From positions 32,001 to 96,000 of IMG/VR virus record IMGVR_UViG_3300032287_003808: a DNA stretch of 64,000 nucleotides. One strand, 5' to 3'. The stretch comes from a virus. Made by a program: the position numbers and the translations under genes. Below the pieces are notes generated by a model, which was not told the origin of the DNA, did no database searches, and saw only the letters and a program-made list of their open reading frames with translations. Shown one piece after another: positions 58,591 through 64,000 of this stretch; within the stretch, counting starts at the first letter, position 1, and the number at the start of each line of letters is the position of its first letter.

Positions 58591-58941
58591 TTATTTAACA
58601 AATAATTGTACTAATAATATTCCAAAGGCTAATATTAAGCAAATGATAGTTTTCATTGTTAACGGTTCATTAAATACAGACCAACTCAACCAACTAAACA
58701 CCATCGCACCAATTGAAAATCCAATTAAACGTGATGGCCACATTTGACCATCAAATGCTGTTATCATATTTTTAACCGAGTACATAAACAACATTGATAT
58801 TGGAATACCCATTAATACTGTTAACCAATAATGGGTTTTAAACCATTCATACTTCATAGGGCCTTGTAGTTGAAAAAATGTAGCTATTTGAGCTAATAAT
58901 CCAAAAATCATTCCTAATAATAATGCTCCAATATTTACCAT
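58591..58941 (-). CDS. Small 4-TM DMT/SMR-like membrane protein
   Basis: Four hydrophobic helices; VFNEPLTMK. Confidence 0.7.
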   Translation of the reverse strand: MVNIGALLLGMIFGLLAQIATFFQLQGPMKYEWFKTHYWLTVLMGIPISMLFMYSVKNMITAFDGQMWPSRLIGFSIGAMVFSWLSWSVFNEPLTMKTIICLILAFGILLVQLFVK

Positions 58942-59098
58942 ATTTTATACTATACAACCACAATTACTGCATTTAACTATTGTTAGACCATTCATGTGGC
59001 GTACTGCTACATAAGTCTTTTTGTGTTCACATTTAACTGTTTCCATAACTTTTTATTTTAATATACGAAATTTCTTTTGCTTAAACAATTCCTTTAAT

Positions 59099-59136
59099 AA
59101 AAAAACCTGCCGTGCGTTCGTATCCACACGGCAGGT
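59099..59136 (-). terminator. Intrinsic terminator
   Basis: ACCTGCCGTGTG-GATACGAA-CGCACGGCAGGT-TTTTTT. Confidence 0.85.
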
Positions 59137-59160
59137 AAAAGAAACGGTTATGAAGCGTTT

Positions 59161-59221
59161 TGTAGTCAGGACAGGATTCGAACCTGTGGGTGCCTACCAG
59201 CGTATAATTGCTTACCTGACT
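59161..59221 (-). ncRNA. tRNA-like RNA lacking a normal anticodon arm
   Basis: Acceptor AGTCAGG/CCTGACT then ACA; perfect T arm ACAGG-TTCGAAT-CCTGT; only 27 nt between the acceptor 5' strand and the T arm. Confidence 0.75.
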
Positions 59222-59287
59222 TACCCCGAATCTTATAGTAGCGGCACCTTTACGCGGCCGTCGGTTCTACTTGCGACGATTTGTTGC

Positions 59288-60091
59288 TTAGGCTGCTATA
59301 TATTTAGCAGCCACTGCAAACAATTCTTTATTAACTTTCAAGTCTTGATTGAAGTTCTTGATTCTACGAGCCTTTCTACTTCTATTTCCCGCTACGTAGT
59401 TAAAGTCTCCATCCAAAATCTTCTCTTGAACCACATTAAATATTGACCACAAGTCACTTCCTTCATCTTCCTTACGAACTGGTTTCAATAGTTCCTTAGC
59501 GTCAACTGTAATCCGTTTCATTTCATCTTCATTGAATCGTGTTGCTAATGCTTTCAAAGCAAACTCAACTGCTTGTTTCTCATCCAGTTGTATACTCTTC
59601 ATTTTATTCATTGACTCAACAGTCAATGGTAGACGTTCAACCATTTCCCGGATCTTTACTTGTAGTTCTTCAAATGTATACCCTAAGTGTCTCATCTTGA
59701 CATCTTCAAACTGTTCAGTTGAAATTACTAGTCCGTTCTCACATACCATTCTAAACAAACCAGCTGTAAATGTAAATGCATTTTTACCATCATGGCTATT
59801 TGTTAATAGAATCTGTGGAAAAACATCATCACCATCTGTACCATTAATTACTACTTCTGGGTTTCTAAATACAATCAGATGTTTCTGGAATCCTACACCT
59901 TTACGTGCTTTAACTTCCTTGGCATCTACTACTTGCCATCCTAATTGTTTCATGTCATCCACAATTACTGATGTTGGGATGTGAGTGTAATGTTGTGATA
60001 CATTACTAGCCGCTGTGGCTGTGAATACGCTCGGAGCGATTCTTTTGATTTGCTCATTTGTCAAAAATGAGTCTTTGCTTAGATCTAACAT
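59288..60091 (-). CDS. DUF932/DUF945-family protein
   Basis: APSVF...Y.HIPT...FQKHLIVFR...ILLTNSHDG...GLFRMVCENGLV...RH...LWSIFNVVQE. Confidence 0.9.
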   Translation of the reverse strand: MLDLSKDSFLTNEQIKRIAPSVFTATAASNVSQHYTHIPTSVIVDDMKQLGWQVVDAKEVKARKGVGFQKHLIVFRNPEVVINGTDGDDVFPQILLTNSHDGKNAFTFTAGLFRMVCENGLVISTEQFEDVKMRHLGYTFEELQVKIREMVERLPLTVESMNKMKSIQLDEKQAVEFALKALATRFNEDEMKRITVDAKELLKPVRKEDEGSDLWSIFNVVQEKILDGDFNYVAGNRSRKARRIKNFNQDLKVNKELFAVAAKYIAA

Positions 60092-60161
60092 AACTTTTCT
60101 TTTTTAATTAAACACTTATCTTTTTAATTTATTTTAATATACGAAAGATAATTTTAAAAAT

Positions 60162-60740
60162 TTAATCCCTTTCAAAGTTTATATAACCTTCATTAAGGTA
60201 CTTATTCACATACACTTCAGGGTGTTGAAGAAATGATTCAATTTTCTGTTGCTTATCAATAGCCTTCTCAGTGAATTCTCTTTTTAGTCTTTCCTTACCC
60301 ATCTCAACTAATTCAGGTAGTTCATAAGCACAATCGCCCCATCTAGCAACTAATACTTTTTCAGTGTTCCAGGTATAACCATTTTCTCTATCACTTTGAG
60401 TTCGATATCTTTCTCCCACAATCAAAGGATCAGGATTTTTATTATCGAACCATACTTTAATAAAGTCAAACATTTCGTTGTCTTTAATAAACTTAATGGC
60501 GCGTAATACTTCAACTGGTACTGTGCTTCGATTATATTCTTCTAGACTAGTTTTAGCAGGGCATAACGCTTCTAATGCTCTAATTTGTACTTGGTTTAAT
60601 GTTTGATAGACACTAGGTGTTTTACCTTGTTTTACCTCAGGGATACCTAATTCCTCTGCTAATTTTTGATACTCTGCTAGCTCATTTTCGTCTAGCAACA
60701 AACCTACATTTTCAGGTTCGCGATAAATTTTAACTTCCAT
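60162..60740 (-). CDS. Hypothetical protein
   Basis: PDPLIVG...VARWG. Confidence 0.8.
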   Translation of the reverse strand: MEVKIYREPENVGLLLDENELAEYQKLAEELGIPEVKQGKTPSVYQTLNQVQIRALEALCPAKTSLEEYNRSTVPVEVLRAIKFIKDNEMFDFIKVWFDNKNPDPLIVGERYRTQSDRENGYTWNTEKVLVARWGDCAYELPELVEMGKERLKREFTEKAIDKQQKIESFLQHPEVYVNKYLNEGYINFERD

Positions 60741-60926
60741 AACTGTTATTTTTTAATTTATTTAAATATAAGTAACCTATTTTTAAAAGCCTATTCCTTT
60801 TACCCCGCCAGACAATAAAGTACAATCATTATGATTATTAATAATGATACAGCCGCACCCATAGCATCTTCTGGTTCTGGTTCTGTATTTGGGTTGTCGA
60901 AATCTATTTTTATCATATGTTGTTTA

Positions 60927-61496
60927 TTAATCCCACCAGTTTTTTATTTGTTGTTCTAGTATTTTGAATAATAATTCATGTGAGCGTTTTTGATTGTTAT
61001 ATGCGATACACATTGCTATTTCTTTTCTATCAGTCCCATCTGTTGGTTTTCCATACCAAGCGATTTTCCCTTCTAAAGCAAGTTTATATTGACGAGGATA
61101 TAAAGCAAAATATTCATCTAAATTATCTTCAACAGTGATAAACTCCATTGTGTACCATTTATTAGTTTCATCCGTTGGAATAAATTCATGTTCCTGGTGT
61201 AGATAATCTAAGTATTCAGTTTCATATGCATCTTCTTGTTGAATATAACATAAGCGAGCACACAATAACATCATTTCAGCATCGCGTTGAGCAGTAGTGT
61301 GACGATCATTACCTCCTATACAACATGCTTGCTGTTCAAGTTTAAACTGGAGGATTTTATAGATATAATTACTATCCCAGTTTCTATCTTTCCAAATTGT
61401 AGGGAACCATTCCCATAGATTTTTCATACCTTGAATGAAGTCTTTATGGTAATATCTACCTTCATACTTCCACCATAATCTTATTTTATAAAACAT
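60927..61496 (-). CDS. Hypothetical protein
   Basis: WFPTIWKDRNWD...WWD common phage family pattern. Confidence 0.8.
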   Translation of the reverse strand: MFYKIRLWWKYEGRYYHKDFIQGMKNLWEWFPTIWKDRNWDSNYIYKILQFKLEQQACCIGGNDRHTTAQRDAEMMLLCARLCYIQQEDAYETEYLDYLHQEHEFIPTDETNKWYTMEFITVEDNLDEYFALYPRQYKLALEGKIAWYGKPTDGTDRKEIAMCIAYNNQKRSHELLFKILEQQIKNWWD

Positions 61497-61499
61497 ATC

Positions 61500-61772
61500 T
61501 TATTTTTCACATCCTTTATAAGCAAAATCATCAACAGATGATATTCCACATTTGCAAGTATTTGTATCTGTGTTAAACATACACCCTTTTAATGCTTTCT
61601 TTTTGTTCTCTACCCATACTGCTCGTTCAGCGTCTATAGATGATACTCTATTTTCAGGGTATATTGTACGGGCTACTCTTAGTCGTTTTTTAGGCTCAAC
61701 TGGCTTTTTACAAAGCATACCTAAGTTTCTTAGGAAACTAAACAACCGATACTTTAATCTTTTCTTTGTCAT
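61500..61772 (-). CDS. Basic Cys-containing protein
   Basis: Own promoter and leader. Confidence 0.7.
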   Translation of the reverse strand: MTKKRLKYRLFSFLRNLGMLCKKPVEPKKRLRVARTIYPENRVSSIDAERAVWVENKKKALKGCMFNTDTNTCKCGISSVDDFAYKGCEK

Positions 61773-61816
61773 AACTTTTATTTTTATTTGAATATACGAA
61801 ACTTATTTTTAAAGAT

Positions 61817-62113
61817 CTATTCCTCTACTTTAGGAAAATCACTAAATTTTAAACCCCACATTAAGCCAGCCCAATTCATTTCTTTTTCTGCTTGTTTAGC
61901 ATACATGTTAAGTTTCTTTTGAAAATATTTTTTACCCCATTCCTGCCACTCACCATATTGTGCTTCAGTTATTGTCCATTCATTGAACCAACTGTCTTTA
62001 CGATCTTTTATGTCTTCGTAAGTGACATCATGACCAGCAATTTTAAACATTTTATTAATGATGTCAATTATTGCTTGGTCAATTTTTTCTTGTCTGCTTA
62101 ATCTTTTTGCCAT
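61817..62113 (-). CDS. Hypothetical protein
   Basis: ORF in operon. Confidence 0.8.
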   Translation of the reverse strand: MAKRLSRQEKIDQAIIDIINKMFKIAGHDVTYEDIKDRKDSWFNEWTITEAQYGEWQEWGKKYFQKKLNMYAKQAEKEMNWAGLMWGLKFSDFPKVEE

Positions 62114-62114
62114 A

Positions 62115-62315
62115 TTATTTTTCTATTGATTTCATATTTTTCCAATCCGAAATAACATTATTTACTCTTACTCTATATTTGAATACAGACAATGGATGAC
62201 ATTCAACAATAAATTCTCCTTCATACCATTGATCTGGTTTGTATTGTTTATGAAATTCAGGTAAGAATATATTGCTTACTAGTACTTTATCTCCTTTGGT
62301 TGTTTTCATAACCAT
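62115..62315 (-). CDS. Hypothetical protein
   Basis: ORF in operon. Confidence 0.7.
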   Translation of the reverse strand: MVMKTTKGDKVLVSNIFLPEFHKQYKPDQWYEGEFIVECHPLSVFKYRVRVNNVISDWKNMKSIEK

Positions 62316-63058
62316 ATTATTTCATTTGTAATATTATCCCATTCAAAATTAAATGGTAAATTTGCATACATATACTGTTCATTCAAAACGGCTGCATTAA
62401 AGAAATGTGTATGCCCATCAAAATAGTATCCATATCCTTGATGTATATGTCCACAAACATGAATTTTTGGACGAATCTCATTTATTCGTTGTCGTAACAT
62501 TTCACAACCAACATTGACTCCATTGTATCGAACAAAATCCAAATGTCCATATGCTGGTCCATGTGTAACTAGAATGTCTGTATTGTCTGGGATTGCATCC
62601 CACCGTGCTCTCATTTCCTCTCCGTTGCGAGGCAAGTTAAATGCCCAATTACAAAATTCAGGTTGCCAAGGTGAACCATATATGCGAACATTTTCTTCAG
62701 GCATATCTCCGTTTGGTCCATCAAAATATAGAGCAAGCTCTCCATCTTGTAGATATTCTATTGTTTTATATCCTGTTAAATAACCTTGAGCCCACGTTGG
62801 ATCATCTTCCATTATACGGTCATGATTACCAGCAATGAATATTTTTGTATCATAGTTGGTGATTGCTTCAAACCAATTAAAAAATTCAATTGCTTCTGTT
62901 TTATAGTAACCTGAATTCATAAAATCACCAGCATGTATCAAAATGTCACCTCCAGGTAAATCTAGCGGTTGATCCATCTTGCGTAACGACTTTGTTGTTG
63001 AAAGTTGGTTATGCTTTGTATGGGTATCTGATATTAAAGTAATTTTAAATTTTCCCAT
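62306..63058 (-). CDS. Metallophosphoesterase (MPPED/239FB-like)
   Basis: ISDTH, IHAGD, AGNHD, YGSPWQP, THGP, CGHIH. Confidence 0.92.
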   Translation of the reverse strand: MGKFKITLISDTHTKHNQLSTTKSLRKMDQPLDLPGGDILIHAGDFMNSGYYKTEAIEFFNWFEAITNYDTKIFIAGNHDRIMEDDPTWAQGYLTGYKTIEYLQDGELALYFDGPNGDMPEENVRIYGSPWQPEFCNWAFNLPRNGEEMRARWDAIPDNTDILVTHGPAYGHLDFVRYNGVNVGCEMLRQRINEIRPKIHVCGHIHQGYGYYFDGHTHFFNAAVLNEQYMYANLPFNFEWDNITNEIIWL

Positions 63059-63059
63059 T

Positions 63060-63401
63060 TTATAAATCTTCTAAACCATCCATCAAAGTAACATCCCAAA
63101 CTGACATATCATCTTCATCTTGTTCAAAGTCACCATTCATGTATGCATTATATAATTCAAGTGAAGTGTATGTTGTTCCACTACCATCTGCTAGAACCCA
63201 ACATGCAGATCCATCTTCATCATATCCATTTACAAGATTATGCTTTAAAATCCAATCACCAAATTCAATTGCAGAAGATCTTTTTGCACTGAATATGTTT
63301 GATGCATTGAATGCCTTTTTAGAATCAGCACGTAATCGTAACTCATTCCATTCGGTATCACTTATAGCATCAATGAGTATATCTAAAGTTTCTTTATTCA
63401 T
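63060..63401 (-). CDS. Hypothetical protein
   Basis: C-terminal WDVTLMDGLED. Confidence 0.75.
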   Translation of the reverse strand: MNKETLDILIDAISDTEWNELRLRADSKKAFNASNIFSAKRSSAIEFGDWILKHNLVNGYDEDGSACWVLADGSGTTYTSLELYNAYMNGDFEQDEDDMSVWDVTLMDGLEDL

Positions 63402-63591
63402 CTTCTGTATGTGTTTTTATAGCATCAAGTAACGTTTGTAACGGGAAACGGATTGGACCATATTCTTCATCTGAACAATCAAATTCAACCATATCGTCTT
63501 CAAGTGTTAGGACTGCCTTTCTACTCCAGTTAGCTTTGCCTTCATATACTACTGTTTGTTTCATCTTCTTCATATAATCCTGATTCTTCAT
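63394..63591 (-). CDS. Hypothetical protein
   Basis: ORF in operon. Confidence 0.65.
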   Translation of the reverse strand: MKNQDYMKKMKQTVVYEGKANWSRKAVLTLEDDMVEFDCSDEEYGPIRFPLQTLLDAIKTHTEDE

Positions 63592-63958
63592 CTTGTTGCA
63601 TCATGTCTATGATTGCTTGTTCATTTGGTTTGATTTTAAATAGTTCATATCTGCTATTTTTTGTATCAAAGCAAATATAGTCTTCTCTTTGCTCTTGTAT
63701 GCCTGTAATTGTGGTTGTTTGCCATGTAAAAAAAGCATTGAATGGAGACATTATCAATGATCGTCCTATATCTGGGGTGTCATGTTTTGCTTTAAAAAAA
63801 CCATTTTCATCAAACTCAATCCATATTACCTCAGCTGATTGTTTAATTAAACCATCTCGTTCCCTTACTAGTCTCCATTTAGGTTGTTCTGGTGGTGGTA
63901 ATATTTCAATTAGATCATCTAATGTTATTGGAATTTTAACTTGATTTAACTTGCTCAT
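63542..63958 (-). CDS. Hypothetical protein
   Basis: FTWQTT.I...F.TKNS.YEL; promoter motif near 63979. Confidence 0.8.
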   Translation of the reverse strand: MSKLNQVKIPITLDDLIEILPPPEQPKWRLVRERDGLIKQSAEVIWIEFDENGFFKAKHDTPDIGRSLIMSPFNAFFTWQTTTITGIQEQREDYICFDTKNSRYELFKIKPNEQAIIDMMQQDEESGLYEEDETNSSI

Positions 63959-64000
63959 AATTTCCTTTTTATAACCTTAATATATTAAAGATTTTTAGTT

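Larger units (their letters stand above)
41350..64000 (-). repeat. Dispersed promoter/leader repeat, about 40-45 copies
   Basis: Minus-strand consensus GGA(G/A)TA-N~17-T(A/T)C(G/A/T)TATATT(A/T/C)AA-AT-rich-(G/A)GTTATG before most genes, e.g. near 41377, 41631, 41806, 42243, 42930, 43112, 44597, 45187, 47853, 50582, 54696, 58092, 61791. Confidence 0.9.

Noticed and set aside
59161-59221. Canonical tRNA gene
   Set aside because: Only 27 nt lie between acceptor and T arm and there is no 7-nt anticodon loop; reported as a tRNA-like ncRNA instead.
59021-59446. + strand ORF containing VVRTGFEPV
   Set aside because: This peptide is the usual antisense translation of a T arm, and the ORF overlaps a terminator and DUF932. 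Its internal ATG has a leader-like context, kept only as an alternative in the findings.
456-63944. All + strand ORFs in the track (e.g. 1717..2175, 42412..42852, 45031..45351, 59532..59984)
   Set aside because: They are antisense shadows of well-supported minus-strand genes, with no recognisable motifs or leaders.
41350-64000. Repeated intergenic motif as a CRISPR array
   Set aside because: Repeats are degenerate, separated by whole genes of variable length and placed as promoters and leaders; no cas genes are present.
1-64000. Stop-codon reassignment, introns, inteins, DGR or retron
   Set aside because: Known genes read intact in code 11 with TAA, TAG and TGA stops; no reverse transcriptase, intein motif or split gene was seen.

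Overview
A 64-kb, AT-rich segment of a large contractile-tailed (T4-superfamily-like) phage. The promoter motifs, AT-rich leaders without a Shine-Dalgarno sequence and a Hc1-type histone-like gene point to a Bacteroidota/Flavobacteria host. All credible genes are on the minus strand and read in the standard code. Positions 1-40.8 kb are a late/replication block: terminase large subunit (truncated), putative lysis genes, a MoxR-VWA module, FAD oxidoreductase, DenV-like glycosylase, many probable head-cargo proteins sharing an 'LKxLIKE...LxE' motif, exonuclease, primase, baseplate/tail genes and a gp55-like late sigma factor. Positions 41.1-64 kb are an array of mostly tiny genes, most with their own copy of a conserved bipartite promoter and GGTTATG leader; it also holds DNA ligase, a RadA-like ATPase, an ECF sigma factor and DUF932. 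The most unusual signals are: (1) a gene and its leader (43239-43479) whose mRNA strand has no cytosine at all, inside a 41-47 kb block with zone-specific depletion of C-containing motifs, including a paralog pair with 21 vs 0 alanines; (2) a minimised tRNA-like RNA with almost no anticodon arm (59161-59221) whose 3' trailer is antisense to the shared leader of the array genes, with a second antisense copy at 42464-42492. All functional calls come from motif recognition by eye; no database searches were run, and all counts are manual.
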